A stretch of 64,000 nucleotides of DNA. Source: Thermodesulfovibrio sp. Its GTDB lineage: Bacteria; Nitrospirota; Thermodesulfovibrionia; Thermodesulfovibrionales; Thermodesulfovibrionaceae. Position 1 is the stretch's first letter. Each line of letters begins with the position of its first letter. A program made the position numbers and the translations under genes. Positions 8,580-19,949 of this stretch are shown in pieces. The notes beneath the pieces were generated by a model. That model was not told where the DNA came from and did no database searches. It was given only the letters and a program-made list of their open reading frames with translations. The stretch lies in the NCBI GenBank assembly GCA_025060075.1, contig JANXCZ010000038.1, positions 16,049 to 80,048 of the forward strand, read 5' to 3'.

Positions 8580-10162
8580 ATCTCGCCCTTTTTTATCTTT
8601 TCCTTAAGAAGTTTATACTCTATACTGTCAACAATTGCCTGCCATGATGCCTCAATTATGTTTTCAGAAACTCCCACTGTGCTCCATACACTTTCTTCAT
8701 CTCCTGATTCTACTAAAACTCTAACTTTTGAAGCAGTTCCTCTACCTGAATTAACTACTCTTACTTTATAATCTTTAAGTTTTACCTTTTTCAGTTCAGG
8801 ATAAAATTTCTCAAGAGCCTTCCTTAAAGCATTATCAAGAGCATTAACAGGTCCATTACCAGTTGATGCTGTATGCTCGACAGTTTTACCCACTTTTACC
8901 ATAATTGTTGCTTCACTTGTGGTTGATTCATCTCCCTTTCTTTTTTCATCTATTACTCTAAATCCTATTAGTTCAAAAAACTTTCTCTTTAATCCAAGAG
9001 TTTTTCTAAATAGTAACTCCAGTGAAGCTTCAGCTCCTTCAAATTGATATCCTTCATTTTCAAGAGTTTTTACAGCATCTACTATTGCTTGAACCTCAGG
9101 AGAGTTAGGATCAAGTTGAATATTGAATTCTTCTGCTTTTTTTAAAATATTACTCTTTCCTGCCAAATCAGAAACAAGTATTCTCTGACGATTGCCAACA
9201 AGTTCGGGTCTAATATGTTCATAGGTTTCTGGACGTTTTCTTACAGCACTTACATGAACTCCGCCTTTATGAGCAAAGGCACTTTCTCCAACAAAAGGCT
9301 GTCTTTTAAAGGGCACCAAATTCGCTATCTCGTATACAAATCTGGATGTGTCAGTAAGCTTTCTTAGTTTATCTTCATCAATACATCTGTATCCCAGTTT
9401 AATTTGTAAATTTGGAATTACAGAACAGAGATTTGCATTTCCGCATCTTTCACCAAATCCATTTATTGTACCTTGAACCTGCACAACTCCATTTAAAACA
9501 GCAATAATACTATTGGCAACAGCACAGTCAGAGTCATTGTGAGCATGAATGCCTAAGGGAGTATTGATTGAAAGTTTAACATCTTGGACAATCTTTGCAA
9601 TTTCCAGTGGAAGTGTGCCTCCATTGGTATCACAAAGAATTATACAGTCTGCCTTTGCCTCTTCTGCTGTTTTAAGGCATTTTAAAGCATACTCTGGATT
9701 ATCCTTATATCCATCAAAGAAATGCTCTGCATCAAAGAATACTTTTTCTGCATACTTTTTTAAATAGGTGATTGTATTAAAGATTAAATCAAGATTTTCC
9801 TCAAGTGACACCTTCAATGCCTCTTTTACATGAAAATCCCATGTTTTACCAAAAATTGTTAAAACTTTAGCTTCAGATGCTATAAGAGACCTTACATTTG
9901 TGTCATCTTCTACTTTTACCTTTGGTCTATGTGTGCTTCCAAAGGCTACTACGATTGAGTTTTTAAGTGGAATTTTTTTTACTTTCTTAAAATACTCAGC
10001 ATCCTTTGGATTTGAACCAGGCCAGCCACCTTCTATATAGTGAATGCCAAGTTCATCAAGTTTTTCTGTTATTCTTAACTTATCCTCTACTGAGAAGGAT
10101 ATATCCTCTGCCTGAGAGCCATCTCTAAGAGTTGTATCATAAATTTCAATAATTTTTTGCAT
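8576..10162 (-). CDS. cimA: Citramalate synthase
   Basis: [47 protein letters not shown]; C-terminal LeuA-type regulatory domain. Confidence 0.93.
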   Translation of the reverse strand: MQKIIEIYDTTLRDGSQAEDISFSVEDKLRITEKLDELGIHYIEGGWPGSNPKDAEYFKKVKKIPLKNSIVVAFGSTHRPKVKVEDDTNVRSLIASEAKVLTIFGKTWDFHVKEALKVSLEENLDLIFNTITYLKKYAEKVFFDAEHFFDGYKDNPEYALKCLKTAEEAKADCIILCDTNGGTLPLEIAKIVQDVKLSINTPLGIHAHNDSDCAVANSIIAVLNGVVQVQGTINGFGERCGNANLCSVIPNLQIKLGYRCIDEDKLRKLTDTSRFVYEIANLVPFKRQPFVGESAFAHKGGVHVSAVRKRPETYEHIRPELVGNRQRILVSDLAGKSNILKKAEEFNIQLDPNSPEVQAIVDAVKTLENEGYQFEGAEASLELLFRKTLGLKRKFFELIGFRVIDEKRKGDESTTSEATIMVKVGKTVEHTASTGNGPVNALDNALRKALEKFYPELKKVKLKDYKVRVVNSGRGTASKVRVLVESGDEESVWSTVGVSENIIEASWQAIVDSIEYKLLKEKIKKGEI

Positions 10163-10182
10163 AAGAGTAATATATTACATTT

Positions 10183-10211
10183 TTGATACATTAAGCAAGA
10201 TATGTTATATT
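10183..10211 (+). promoter_or_regulatory. Putative sigma70 promoter of iorA
   Basis: TTGATA-17-TATATT with extended -10 TG. Confidence 0.55.
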
Positions 10212-10253
10212 AGATACTATTGAAATTTTAAAACTGAAATAAAGAGGGAGCGT

Positions 10254-11804
10254 ATGGAAAAGATTTTAATGTTAGGATGTGATGCAATTGCTCGTGGAGC
10301 CATTGAAGCCGGAATTTCCTATGCTTCTTCCTATCCAGGAACTCCGGCAACGCAAATTCTTGAATATATAGCAAAGAATTCTACTGTAAAAGCTGAATGG
10401 TCTGTAAACGAAAAAGTAGCATATGAAGTTGCATATGGGGTATCTTTAACAGGAAGAAGAGCACTTTGTTCAATGAAACACGTAGGATTAAATGTAGCAT
10501 CGGATCCTTTCATGACATCAGCATATCTTGGAGTAAGAGGTGGACTTGTTCTTGTATTAGGAGATGATCCAGGTGCCTACTCCTCTCAGAATGAACAGGA
10601 TTCTCGTTTTTATGCTTCTTTTGCAAAGATACCTTGCCTTGAACCCTCTGATGCTCAAGAGGCTAAGGATATGACAAAATTAGCCTTTGATATATCTGAA
10701 GAGCTGGGATTACCTATAATGGTTAGAAGTATTACAAGAATTCTTCATTGTTTCAGTCCTGTAACACTGGAAAGCATTAAACCTGAAAAAGAAACCAAAC
10801 TTGAAAAAAATCCTGACTATTTACTGGCTATTCCCAGGAATGTTATAAGACTTCATAAAGAACTTAATAAAAAACAAGAAAAAATTAAAAAAATAATTGA
10901 AAGATATAACTTTAACAAAATTATCCCTGGAAAAGGAAAAACTGGAATAATTGCTTGTGGAGTTACCTATCTTTATGCTAAAGAGCTTGAAGAAGATCTA
11001 CCAATTCTTAAAATTTCAGCCTATCCTGTTGATGAAGATTTAATTAAAGATTTCGTAAATAAGCTTGACAATGTTATTGTTCTTGAAGAGGGTTATCCCT
11101 TTGTTGAAAGTTTAGTAAGAAGATTTTTTAGTAGTGTAAAAGGTAAACTCTCTGGAGATCTGCCACTTGAGGGAGAACTTTGTGTAGATCCTTTATTGAA
11201 ACTTTTTGGCAAAATAGAATCTATAACTCCAAAAACCGAACTTATTCCAAGACCACCAGTACTTTGTCCAGGCTGTCCCCATAGAGAGTTTTATAAGGCA
11301 TTAAAGGAGGCAAATCCAACTTTTGTTACAGGAGATATTGGATGTTATACTCTTGGAGCAAATCCTCCAGTTAAAGCAATTGATACATGCCTTTGTATGG
11401 GAGCAAGCATAAGTAAAGCATCAGGAATTGCTTCGCAGGGCATACAAAGAGTAGCAGCAGTAATAGGAGACTCAACTTTTATTCATACAGGAGTTCCTGC
11501 ATTGATAAATGCTGCATATAACAAGGTAAATATTCTTGTTTGTATTCTTGATAACTCCTCTGTCGCCATGACAGGACATCAACCAACACCAGCAACTGGA
11601 ATAACTGCTAAAGGCGATGAAACAAAGAAATTAGATCTTGTAGAACTATGTAAAGCCTGTGGAGCAGACTCAGTTGAAGTAGTCGATCCCTATGATAAGA
11701 AATCTACATTTGAAGCAATCAAAAAAGGACTTGAAAATCCAGGAGTAAATGTAGTGATTGCACGCAGAGCCTGTATATTACTATCAAAAAGGCTAAAGAG
11801 CTAA
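10254..11804 (+). CDS. iorA: Indolepyruvate:ferredoxin oxidoreductase alpha subunit (no C-terminal ferredoxin domain)
   Basis: YPGTPAT, NEKVA, MKHVGLNVASD, SSQNEQDSR, CPGCPH, GDIGC, GDSTF..TG, AMTGHQ. Confidence 0.92.
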   Translation: MEKILMLGCDAIARGAIEAGISYASSYPGTPATQILEYIAKNSTVKAEWSVNEKVAYEVAYGVSLTGRRALCSMKHVGLNVASDPFMTSAYLGVRGGLVLVLGDDPGAYSSQNEQDSRFYASFAKIPCLEPSDAQEAKDMTKLAFDISEELGLPIMVRSITRILHCFSPVTLESIKPEKETKLEKNPDYLLAIPRNVIRLHKELNKKQEKIKKIIERYNFNKIIPGKGKTGIIACGVTYLYAKELEEDLPILKISAYPVDEDLIKDFVNKLDNVIVLEEGYPFVESLVRRFFSSVKGKLSGDLPLEGELCVDPLLKLFGKIESITPKTELIPRPPVLCPGCPHREFYKALKEANPTFVTGDIGCYTLGANPPVKAIDTCLCMGASISKASGIASQGIQRVAAVIGDSTFIHTGVPALINAAYNKVNILVCILDNSSVAMTGHQPTPATGITAKGDETKKLDLVELCKACGADSVEVVDPYDKKSTFEAIKKGLENPGVNVVIARRACILLSKRLKS

Positions 11805-12224
11805 AACATTATCCCAACTTAAGATTGTTACTCCCTTTTGCTGGAGAATTGATATTGTTTTATCAAGATTTTCTGTTCTAAGGACTACTACTGCCTTTTC
11901 TCCTGATTTTTCAACAAAAGCATAAATATACTCAATGTTTATACCTGCATCATAAAGATATTTCAGTGCCTCAGCCAATCCTCCGGGTTTATCTTTTACT
12001 GCTATAGCCACTACATTCGTAAGTTTAACTGTAAATTCATTTTTTTCAAGAATTTCCTTAGCCTTTTCAGGATCTGTTACTATTAATCTTAAGATTCCAA
12101 ACTCAGAAGTGTCAGCAATTGAAAGAGCCCTTATGTTAATTCCCTCCTCAGCTAAAGCTTTCAGTGCCTCATAAAGTCTTCCTTTTTTGTTCTCTAAAAA
12201 AACTGATATCTGTTTTATTTTCAT
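11793..12224 (-). CDS. Tandem ACT-domain protein
   Basis: KQISVFLENKKGRL...NIRALSIADTSEFGILR...DKPGGL; start at 12224 after AGGAGG. Confidence 0.9.
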   Translation of the reverse strand: MKIKQISVFLENKKGRLYEALKALAEEGINIRALSIADTSEFGILRLIVTDPEKAKEILEKNEFTVKLTNVVAIAVKDKPGGLAEALKYLYDAGINIEYIYAFVEKSGEKAVVVLRTENLDKTISILQQKGVTILSWDNVLAL

Positions 12225-12240
12225 TATTTTCCTCCTCCTA

Positions 12241-13545
12241 CTAATCCACAAGAGTTCTTTTATCAATTACTCTCTTTGCTTTCCCTTCGCTTCTTGGCAA
12301 ACTCTTTGGCTCAACAAGACTAACTTTAACTCTTATACCTATTGTCTCTTCAATGCGTTTTTCAAGTTTCTTTCTAAGATTTTCAATATGTTTTACTTCA
12401 TCTGAAAAGGTCTCCTTTGACATCTCTACCATAACTTCTATTTCATCAAGGTGTTGAGGTCTCGTAATAATAATTTGATAATGAGGTTCCACTCCTTGGA
12501 CTTCTAAAATTGTTTTCTCAATTTGGTATGGAAAAATCATAACACCTCTTACTTTTATCATGTCATCGGTTCTTCCTCTGATTCTCTCAATTTTTGCAAA
12601 TGTTCTTCCACAACTGCACTTTTCTCTTATTATTGAAGTTATATCTCTTGTCCTAAATCTTAACATTGGCATTGCCTCACGTGTTAGAGTTGTAAGGACA
12701 AGCTCTCCCCTTTTTCCATCAGGCAAAGAATCCCCTGTATCAGGATCTATAACCTCTACATAGAAATGATCTTCAAATACATGTAATCCATTTTTTTCTA
12801 TACATTCATGGGCAACGCCTGGCCCAATTATCTCAGTTAATCCATATATGTTAAATGCATTAAGATTAAATCTTTTTTCAATTTCCTTTCTCATCTGTTC
12901 AGTCCACATCTCTGCCCCAAAACAACCTGCTTTAAGCTTTAGGGTCTTAGGATCAATACCCATCTCCTGAGCAACTTCAGCCATATATAAGGCATAAGAA
13001 GGAGTACATGTAAGAATTGTTGTTCCGAAGTCTCTCATTATCTCAATCTGTCTTCTAGTATTTCCTGCACTAGCAGGGACAACCATTGCTCCAATCTTCT
13101 GTGCTCCATAATGAACTCCAAATCCTCCAGTAAAAAGTCCATATCCATAACAGTTTTGGACAATATCGTCCTTTGTAGCACCAGCCATTGTAAGACATCT
13201 TGCCATGACTTCAGACCATACTTCAATATCATGGCGAGTATAACCTGCTACCACAGGTTTTCCTGTAGTTCCACTTGACATGTGAATCTCTATAATCTCA
13301 TCAAGCGGAGAGGCAAACATTCCAAAGGGATAAACTTCTCTAAGATCAGCCTTAGAAGTGAATGGAATTTTTACTATATCATCAAGAGTTTTTATATCAT
13401 CTGGAGTTATTCCTGCTTCTTCAAATTTTCTTCTGTAGTAAGGCACTTTTTCGTAGGCTCTTTTAACTGTCTGTTTAAGTCTTTCAAATTGTAAAGCTCT
13501 AAGATTTTCTTCTGGCATGCATTCAAACTCTTTATTCCATATCAT
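12241..13545 (-). CDS. paaK: Phenylacetate-CoA ligase family
   Basis: [43 protein letters not shown]. Confidence 0.92.
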   Translation of the reverse strand: MIWNKEFECMPEENLRALQFERLKQTVKRAYEKVPYYRRKFEEAGITPDDIKTLDDIVKIPFTSKADLREVYPFGMFASPLDEIIEIHMSSGTTGKPVVAGYTRHDIEVWSEVMARCLTMAGATKDDIVQNCYGYGLFTGGFGVHYGAQKIGAMVVPASAGNTRRQIEIMRDFGTTILTCTPSYALYMAEVAQEMGIDPKTLKLKAGCFGAEMWTEQMRKEIEKRFNLNAFNIYGLTEIIGPGVAHECIEKNGLHVFEDHFYVEVIDPDTGDSLPDGKRGELVLTTLTREAMPMLRFRTRDITSIIREKCSCGRTFAKIERIRGRTDDMIKVRGVMIFPYQIEKTILEVQGVEPHYQIIITRPQHLDEIEVMVEMSKETFSDEVKHIENLRKKLEKRIEETIGIRVKVSLVEPKSLPRSEGKAKRVIDKRTLVD

Positions 13546-13557
13546 AGTTTTCTCACC

Positions 13558-13980
13558 TCATTCAGTAAATTCTAAAAATTTAAGATTTTCACCTTTTAGA
13601 GTTTCCATAGCCTTCTGAGTATCCTCTACCTCAACAATTAAGTATGCCCTTTTTCTTGTCTCAGCCACATAAACAGCAGCACTTTCAATGTTTATACCTT
13701 TTGAAGAAAGAGTTTTTACAACTTCATATAGTCCACCCGGCTGGTCTTTCATCTCAATACCTATTGCTTCGTTTAATGATACAGTAAATCCTTTATCTTT
13801 AAGTAATTGATAAGCCTCCTTATATTTGTCAACCATAAACTTAATTATTCCAAATCCGTTAGTACTTGTAATAGAGAAAGCCAAAATATTTATATTTGCT
13901 TCGGCAAGAACCTTTGTAATCCTCTCAAGTCTTCCTGGCTTATTCTCAGCAAATACTGAAATTATGTAAACCTTGCTCAT
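13558..13980 (-). CDS. Tandem ACT-domain protein
   Basis: ISVFAENKPGRL...DQPGGL; start at 13980 after GGAGG. Confidence 0.88.
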   Translation of the reverse strand: MSKVYIISVFAENKPGRLERITKVLAEANINILAFSITSTNGFGIIKFMVDKYKEAYQLLKDKGFTVSLNEAIGIEMKDQPGGLYEVVKTLSSKGINIESAAVYVAETRKRAYLIVEVEDTQKAMETLKGENLKFLEFTE

Positions 13981-13990
13981 CTGGAACCTC

Positions 13991-15286
13991 CTAAATAGTT
14001 CGTTTGTCAATCACTCTCTTTGCTTTACCTTCACTAATAGGAAGTGTTCCAGGCTCTAAAAGTTCTACCTTTGGCTTCACCATTGTAGCAGATCTTATCT
14101 TATCTATGATTTCATCCTTTAACCTAACAAGTTTTTCAATTTTTCCATCAAAGATTTCTCTGTCTATCTCAACTCTAACTATCATCTCATCATAAGAGTC
14201 AAGTACAATCTGATAATTCTGAGCTACTCCATTTATCCCCATTAGTACCTGTTCAATCTGTTGAGGGAATATGTTTACACCCTTTACTATAAACATATCA
14301 TCAGATCTGCCAAGTATTCGTGAAATTCTTCTATGAGTTCTTCCACATTTACAAGGCTCTGAAATAATTCTTGTTAAGTCTCTTGTTCTGTATCTTATAA
14401 GTGGCATTGCCTCTCTGTTAAGTGTTGTTAAGACTAACTCTCCAATCTCTCCATCATTGACAGGTTTTCCTGTCTCAGGATTAATTACTTCCATAAGAAA
14501 GTTGTCTTCCCATATATGAAGTCCATCCTTATAAATACATTCAAAACCAACACCTGGTCCATTCATCTCCGTAAGTCCATAACAGTTGTAAATATCTATA
14601 CCAAGCATATTTTCAATCTTTTTCCTTGTTTCCTCAGAGTATGGCTCTGCTCCAAGATAGGCTCTTTTAAGTTTTAGTTCCTTCTTAGGATCAATTCCCT
14701 TATCATATATTACAGAGGCAACATACAGAGTATAACTTGGTGTCATATGAAGCATAGTTGTTCCAAAATCTCTCATCAAGTTTATCTGTCTTTCTGTATT
14801 TCCTGGTCCTGCAGGAATAACAAAGATTCCTACTTTTTCAGCTCCATAATGCATAACAAAAGCGCCTGTAAAAAGTCCATATGTCATGCTATTTTGTAGA
14901 ATATCATTTTTTGTTGCACCTGTCATAACAAGACAACGTGCAATAAGTTCTGCTGAGTTTTCTATGTCTTTTTTGGAAAAAAATATAGCCTTTGGTTTTC
15001 CTGTGGTTCCACTTGAAGTGTGTAGTCTTATTACTTTTTCAATTGGAACAGTTAAAAGTCCATAAGGATAGTCAACAAAAAGGTCTTCTTTAGTAGTAAA
15101 GGGAATATTTCTTATCTCATCAAGGGATTTAATATTTGAGGGATTTATTCCTGCATCCTGAAGTTTTTTTCTGTAGTGAGGAACTTTTTGATAGACTCTT
15201 TTTAAGATTTTTTTTAATCTTTCTAATTGAAGCTGTTCAAGTTTTTCCCTCGGTAGTGTTTCCAACTCCTTGTGCCAGTATTGCAT
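13991..15286 (-). CDS. paaK: Phenylacetate-CoA ligase family, second paralog
   Basis: [41 protein letters not shown]. Confidence 0.92.
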   Translation of the reverse strand: MQYWHKELETLPREKLEQLQLERLKKILKRVYQKVPHYRKKLQDAGINPSNIKSLDEIRNIPFTTKEDLFVDYPYGLLTVPIEKVIRLHTSSGTTGKPKAIFFSKKDIENSAELIARCLVMTGATKNDILQNSMTYGLFTGAFVMHYGAEKVGIFVIPAGPGNTERQINLMRDFGTTMLHMTPSYTLYVASVIYDKGIDPKKELKLKRAYLGAEPYSEETRKKIENMLGIDIYNCYGLTEMNGPGVGFECIYKDGLHIWEDNFLMEVINPETGKPVNDGEIGELVLTTLNREAMPLIRYRTRDLTRIISEPCKCGRTHRRISRILGRSDDMFIVKGVNIFPQQIEQVLMGINGVAQNYQIVLDSYDEMIVRVEIDREIFDGKIEKLVRLKDEIIDKIRSATMVKPKVELLEPGTLPISEGKAKRVIDKRTI

Positions 15287-15857
15287 TTTTTATACCTAAC
15301 CTCCTACCCTCGTTAAATGCTTTTAAGTTAATCTCAACGGTTTTAGATGGTACAGAGCTTTTGATTACTTCATGCCACATTTCTTCTTTGAAAGGTAAAA
15401 AGAGAGATAAAAATCCTAAGATTACAGAGTTTTCAACCTTTGTGCTACCAATTTCTTTTGCAATTTTTTCTGCTTCTATGGTTTTTACTGAAAATCCCTT
15501 TTGTTGTATTAGGTAGTCAACATTTTCAGGGTAGTCTTTTTCTGCCATTGCTGGTGGAATCTTCTTCCTGTTCAAAATAACTAAACCATCTTTTTTAAGA
15601 AAATGAAGATATCTTAATGCTTCAAGCTCTTCAAGAGCTACCATTATGTCAGCCATTCCAGAAGGAATATTTGGAGAATAAACCTTTTCTCCAAATCTTA
15701 TATGACCAATAACGCTACCACCCCTTTGAGCCATTCCGTGAATCTCACTTTCCTTAACATCAAAACCGCTCTTAAAAGCAACCTGAGCAATGATTCTGCT
15801 TGCAAGAACTATTCCCTGCCCACCTGTTCCAGACATTATTATGTTTGTTGTCGGCAT
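15237..15857 (-). CDS. iorB: Indolepyruvate:ferredoxin oxidoreductase beta subunit
   Basis: GTGGQG, SEIHGMAQRGGSV, EELEALR, NLKAFNEG. Confidence 0.93.
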   Translation of the reverse strand: MPTTNIIMSGTGGQGIVLASRIIAQVAFKSGFDVKESEIHGMAQRGGSVIGHIRFGEKVYSPNIPSGMADIMVALEELEALRYLHFLKKDGLVILNRKKIPPAMAEKDYPENVDYLIQQKGFSVKTIEAEKIAKEIGSTKVENSVILGFLSLFLPFKEEMWHEVIKSSVPSKTVEINLKAFNEGRRLGIKNAILAQGVGNTTEGKT

Positions 15858-15864
15858 GAAGAAA

Positions 15865-15894
15865 ATTCTAACACAGAAGAAACATTGTTTTCAA
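15865..15894 (-). promoter_or_regulatory. Putative leaderless promoter of the iorB-paaK operon
   Basis: TTGAAA-18-TAGAAT with extended TG, 7 nt before ATG 15857; no SD. Confidence 0.55.
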
Positions 15895-15924
15895 CCATAC
15901 GCCATAATCTAAAATTGCAGTGAG

Positions 15925-16052
15925 TGATGTTACTCCTAAAATCAAGTCACATTAATTTTTATAGTAGTTTTTACACCGCAATCAACTGATAGAGTATATT
16001 TCTTCTTCATTCTAAAAGAAAGCTTGTGTGACATTTTAATATAGTAACCACA
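15925..16052. mobile_element. Non-autonomous IS remnant / MITE-like element related to the IS at ~20 kb
   Basis: TGTGACATTTTAATATAGTAACCACA (16027-16052) matches the IS end at 20689-20714 at 25/26 positions, and both are preceded by TCTAAAAGAA; a weaker inverted copy lies at 15925-15951. Confidence 0.55.
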
Positions 16053-16132
16053 CCAAAGAAAAGAATGAGGTGGATTTTTTAATTAGAAATGGTTTATAAT
16101 TTGGTTTTTAGAGAACTCTGAAGGAGGTCCTA

Positions 16133-16870
16133 ATGAAAGGACAGACAGCCATAATAACTGGAGCTTCAAGAGGTATAGGAAGAACTACAGCTGAGGAATT
16201 TGCTAAAAGAGGAGTTCAGGTTGTAATTGCTGATATAGATAAAGAAAATGCAGAGAAAGCTGCTAATGAAATTAAATCCCTTTATGGTGTTGAAACCTTA
16301 GGAATAAAAGCTGATGTCTCTAATCCAGAAGATGTAAAAGCTCTATTTGAGGAAACAGTTAAAAAGTTTTCAAAGATTGAGATTCTTGTAAATAATGCAG
16401 GTATAACAAGAGATAATCTTCTTATAAGAATGAAAGACGAAGAGTGGGATTCTGTTTTAAATATAAACCTTAAGGGAGCTTTTCTTTGTTCAAGAGAAGC
16501 TGTGAAGATTATGTCAAAAAACAGATATGGAAGAATTATAAATATTTCCTCTGTGGTAGCTTTCATAGGAAATCCCGGTCAAGTTAACTACTCAGCATCA
16601 AAGGCTGGATTAGTAGCTTTGACTAAAACCTTGGCTAAAGAGTATGCTTCAAGAGGAATAACTGTTAATGCAGTTGCACCAGGATTTATTCAAACAGCTA
16701 TGACAGAACAACTTCCAGAAAAAGTTAAAGAAGAAATGTTGAGAATGATTCCACTTGGAAGATTTGGAACGACTTATGATGTTTCAAATGCTATAATATT
16801 TCTGGCTTTGCCAGAGTCAGGATATATAACAGGGCAAGTAATTCATGTAAATGGTGGAATGTACATGTAA
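16133..16870 (+). CDS. fabG: 3-oxoacyl-ACP reductase
   Basis: [37 protein letters not shown]. Confidence 0.96.
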   Translation: MKGQTAIITGASRGIGRTTAEEFAKRGVQVVIADIDKENAEKAANEIKSLYGVETLGIKADVSNPEDVKALFEETVKKFSKIEILVNNAGITRDNLLIRMKDEEWDSVLNINLKGAFLCSREAVKIMSKNRYGRIINISSVVAFIGNPGQVNYSASKAGLVALTKTLAKEYASRGITVNAVAPGFIQTAMTEQLPEKVKEEMLRMIPLGRFGTTYDVSNAIIFLALPESGYITGQVIHVNGGMYM

Positions 16871-16892
16871 AAAAAGAAAAAAGGAGGTAAGA

Positions 16893-17129
16893 ATGGAAGA
16901 AGAAAAAGTAAGAGAAATCATAGCAAAACAGCTTGGTGTTGATGTATCTCAGGTAACACCTGAGGCTTCATTTGTTGAGGATCTTGGTGCAGATTCTCTT
17001 GATACTGTTGAGCTTGTTATGGCATTTGAAGAGGCTTTCGGAATTGAAATTCCTGATGAAGATGCAGAGAAGATTGTGAAAGTAAAAGACGCTATAGAGT
17101 ATATAAAGAACAAAACTAATCAGGTGTAG
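16893..17129 (+). CDS. acpP: Acyl carrier protein
   Basis: [14 protein letters not shown]; start at 16893 after AGGAGG. Confidence 0.97.
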   Translation: MEEEKVREIIAKQLGVDVSQVTPEASFVEDLGADSLDTVELVMAFEEAFGIEIPDEDAEKIVKVKDAIEYIKNKTNQV

Positions 17130-17135
17130 TAATTT

Positions 17136-18383
17136 ATGGGTAAAAGAAGAGTTGTTGTGACCGGGTTGGGAATGGTTTCCCCTCTCGGTCTTGATGTTCA
17201 ATCATCTTGGCAGGCAGTCATTCAAGGTAAATCAGGTGTTGGTTATATTACTCAATTTGATACTACAAACTATCCAGTAAAGATAGCAGCTGAGGTTAAA
17301 GGTTTTGATCCAACAAACTATATTGAGCCAAAAGAAGTAAAGAAAATGGATAGATTTATCCATTTTGCAATTGCTGCTACAGAAATGGCAATCGCAGACT
17401 CACAGTTAAAGATTACTCCTGAGAACTCAGAAAGAATTGGAGTTGTTATAGGTTCTGGAATGGGTGGTCTTCCAGCAATTGAATACTATCACAAGGTATT
17501 AATTGAAAAAGGCTGGAGAAGAATAAGTCCTTTCTTTATTCCTATGGTCATAGTTAATCTTGCAGCAGGACAGATCTCAATAAGATATGGAATAAAAGGT
17601 CCTAATATTGCTGTAACAACTGCTTGTGCTACTGGAAATCACTCAATCGGGGAAGCCTTCAGAATTATTCAGTATGGTGATGCTGATGTTATGATTGCTG
17701 GAGGTACAGAAGCTGTAATTACTCCAATGGCTATTGCAGGATTCTCTATAATGAGAGCTTTGTCAACAAGAAATCACGAACCAGAAAAAGCAAGTAGACC
17801 ATTTGATATTGACAGAGATGGATTTGTGATGGGAGAAGGAGCAGGAATTCTTATTCTTGAAGAGCTTGGACATGCTATAAAGAGAGGAGCTAAGATATAT
17901 GCAGAACTTGTAGGATATGGAATGAACGCAGATGCTTATCACATTACAGCACCTTCTCCTCAAGGAGAAGGAGGTGCAAGATGCATGAAGATGGCTTTAA
18001 AGGATGCTGGAATATCTCCAGAAGAGATAGACTATATAAATGCTCATGGAACTTCTACAAAACAAGGAGATGAACTTGAAACACAGGCTATAAAAACAAT
18101 ATTTGGCGAACATGCATACAAACTCTGTGTTAGCTCCACAAAATCAATGACAGGACATCTCTTAGGAGCAGCAGGTGGAGTAGAAGCCATATTTACTGTC
18201 TTAAGTATTTATGAAGGTATCATTCCTCCAACTATAAATCTTGACAATCCTGATCCTGAGTGTGATCTTGACTATGTCCCTTATAAAGCTAAGAAAAAAG
18301 AGATTAGATATGCTATGACAAACTCCTTTGGTTTTGGTGGAACCAATTCTTCTCTGGTATTTAAAAAATTCACAGAGGCCTAA
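17136..18383 (+). CDS. fabF: Beta-ketoacyl-ACP synthase II
   Basis: [40 protein letters not shown]. Confidence 0.97.
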   Translation: MGKRRVVVTGLGMVSPLGLDVQSSWQAVIQGKSGVGYITQFDTTNYPVKIAAEVKGFDPTNYIEPKEVKKMDRFIHFAIAATEMAIADSQLKITPENSERIGVVIGSGMGGLPAIEYYHKVLIEKGWRRISPFFIPMVIVNLAAGQISIRYGIKGPNIAVTTACATGNHSIGEAFRIIQYGDADVMIAGGTEAVITPMAIAGFSIMRALSTRNHEPEKASRPFDIDRDGFVMGEGAGILILEELGHAIKRGAKIYAELVGYGMNADAYHITAPSPQGEGGARCMKMALKDAGISPEEIDYINAHGTSTKQGDELETQAIKTIFGEHAYKLCVSSTKSMTGHLLGAAGGVEAIFTVLSIYEGIIPPTINLDNPDPECDLDYVPYKAKKKEIRYAMTNSFGFGGTNSSLVFKKFTEA

Positions 18384-19888
18384 ATTAGGTATTTGGCGAT
18401 TATTTTATCATATCCATAGATATCTTCAAAGAAATAAAGATTTGAGTCTTTGACGAGATTGGTAAAGTAAAGAATATAAACAGGTATAGGTCTTTTTAAA
18501 TTAAGATAAATAGTTTCTTCACTCTTTAAAACCTCACTCAGTTTTTTCTCATTCCAGTCTTTTATGGTATTGTTTTCAATCAAAATTAAAGCTAATTTAT
18601 AGGCTTTCTCAACTCTTATACATCCTGAGCTAAAAGTTCTTATTTTATGAGAAAAAAGATTTCTCTGTGGTGTATCATGCAAGTAAACATCAAAATCATT
18701 AGGCATATAAAACTTTATTTTACCCAAAGCATTACTTTTTCCTGTTTTTTGAATAAGTTTAAAGTTAAAGTTTGTCTCATTTATTTTTGACCAGTCTATA
18801 CTAATTGGATCAATCTCTTCGCCATTTATATAAACTTTGATCTTTTCCTTTATTAGATACTCAGGATTTTTCTTTATCTTTGGAAGTATGTCCTTTACTG
18901 CTATACTACGAGGAATATACCAGTCGGGATTAAACACTATTTGCTTTATCTTACTATAAAGAAGAGGTGTGGGTCTAAAGTCTTCTTTGTAGTTTTTACC
19001 TACTACTATACGACTATGAAGTAAAGTTTGTCTATTGTCATATAAAAAAAGCTCAAAAGAAGGAATATTAATCCATATGTATTTTTCTTCCAAAGTTTCA
19101 GGCAACCATCTATATTTTTCAAGATTTACTCTTATCTTTATAATTCTATCCATAATCTTCATGTTTAAAGCCTTAGCAGTTTGTCTGCCTAAAATACCGT
19201 CTGGCTCCAAGTTGTGGGTTTCCTGAAATCTTCTAATAGCCTTCTCTAACTTTTCATCATAAAGATTAGACTCTATATAACTGTCTAAATATCCAAGAAG
19301 CCAAAGTATTCTTCTTACTTTAATAATTGATGGATGAATATCTCCAACTTTTAACCTTTCTTTTAGCTCTATTTTATCTAAGGTCTCCTTAGATTCAATC
19401 TCATAGTATTTCTTTAAATATTCTTTTAAATCTTTGTATTCTTTATATTTTGGTCCGAGAGTTTCAAATAGTTCCTCCAACCTATCTTGTTTTATTAAAT
19501 CTGCTAAAATTTTTATCACTTCATCTTTTTTCTTTGGAAAATCCCACTTCTCAAAAATCTTAGAAGGATTAATTTTTCCGTAATAGGTGTGGTATGCAAG
19601 TTTTATGAGAGTATGAGTAAGATTTAGTTCACTTTCAATTAAAGAGCTTGAGATTCTTATCTTGTAGTCATTGGGATTTAGTCCTTCATACTTTGATTTC
19701 TGGATTAAAATCTTTAAAGTCTCAATCCTTTTTTGATTCCAAATAGGTTGAAAATCAAAAAATTTATATAAAGAGTAAATTTTTTCACAACTAAAACGAT
19801 TTAAAGAGCATCTATCTAAAGAAATAGTTGAAGCTTCAACATGAAAGGAAAAGATGTTAAAGATAAGTAAAAACCATATTAACTTCAT
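18380..19888 (-). CDS. L,D-transpeptidase (YcbB/LdtD-like) with peptidoglycan-binding domain
   Basis: Signal peptide, [13 protein letters not shown]-binding motif, NPDWYIP, YLHDTP...SSGCIRV. Confidence 0.9.
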   Translation of the reverse strand: MKLIWFLLIFNIFSFHVEASTISLDRCSLNRFSCEKIYSLYKFFDFQPIWNQKRIETLKILIQKSKYEGLNPNDYKIRISSSLIESELNLTHTLIKLAYHTYYGKINPSKIFEKWDFPKKKDEVIKILADLIKQDRLEELFETLGPKYKEYKDLKEYLKKYYEIESKETLDKIELKERLKVGDIHPSIIKVRRILWLLGYLDSYIESNLYDEKLEKAIRRFQETHNLEPDGILGRQTAKALNMKIMDRIIKIRVNLEKYRWLPETLEEKYIWINIPSFELFLYDNRQTLLHSRIVVGKNYKEDFRPTPLLYSKIKQIVFNPDWYIPRSIAVKDILPKIKKNPEYLIKEKIKVYINGEEIDPISIDWSKINETNFNFKLIQKTGKSNALGKIKFYMPNDFDVYLHDTPQRNLFSHKIRTFSSGCIRVEKAYKLALILIENNTIKDWNEKKLSEVLKSEETIYLNLKRPIPVYILYFTNLVKDSNLYFFEDIYGYDKIIAKYLI

Positions 19889-19894
19889 AAATAA

Positions 19895-19923
19895 AATTTA
19901 TCATAGTTTAAGGAGCAGTTCAA
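19895..19923 (-). promoter_or_regulatory. Putative leaderless promoter of the L,D-transpeptidase
   Basis: TTGAAC-17-TAAATT with extended TG, 6 nt before ATG 19888; no SD. Confidence 0.55.
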
Positions 19924-19949
19924 AAACTTTTAAAAAGTAAAAATTACAT

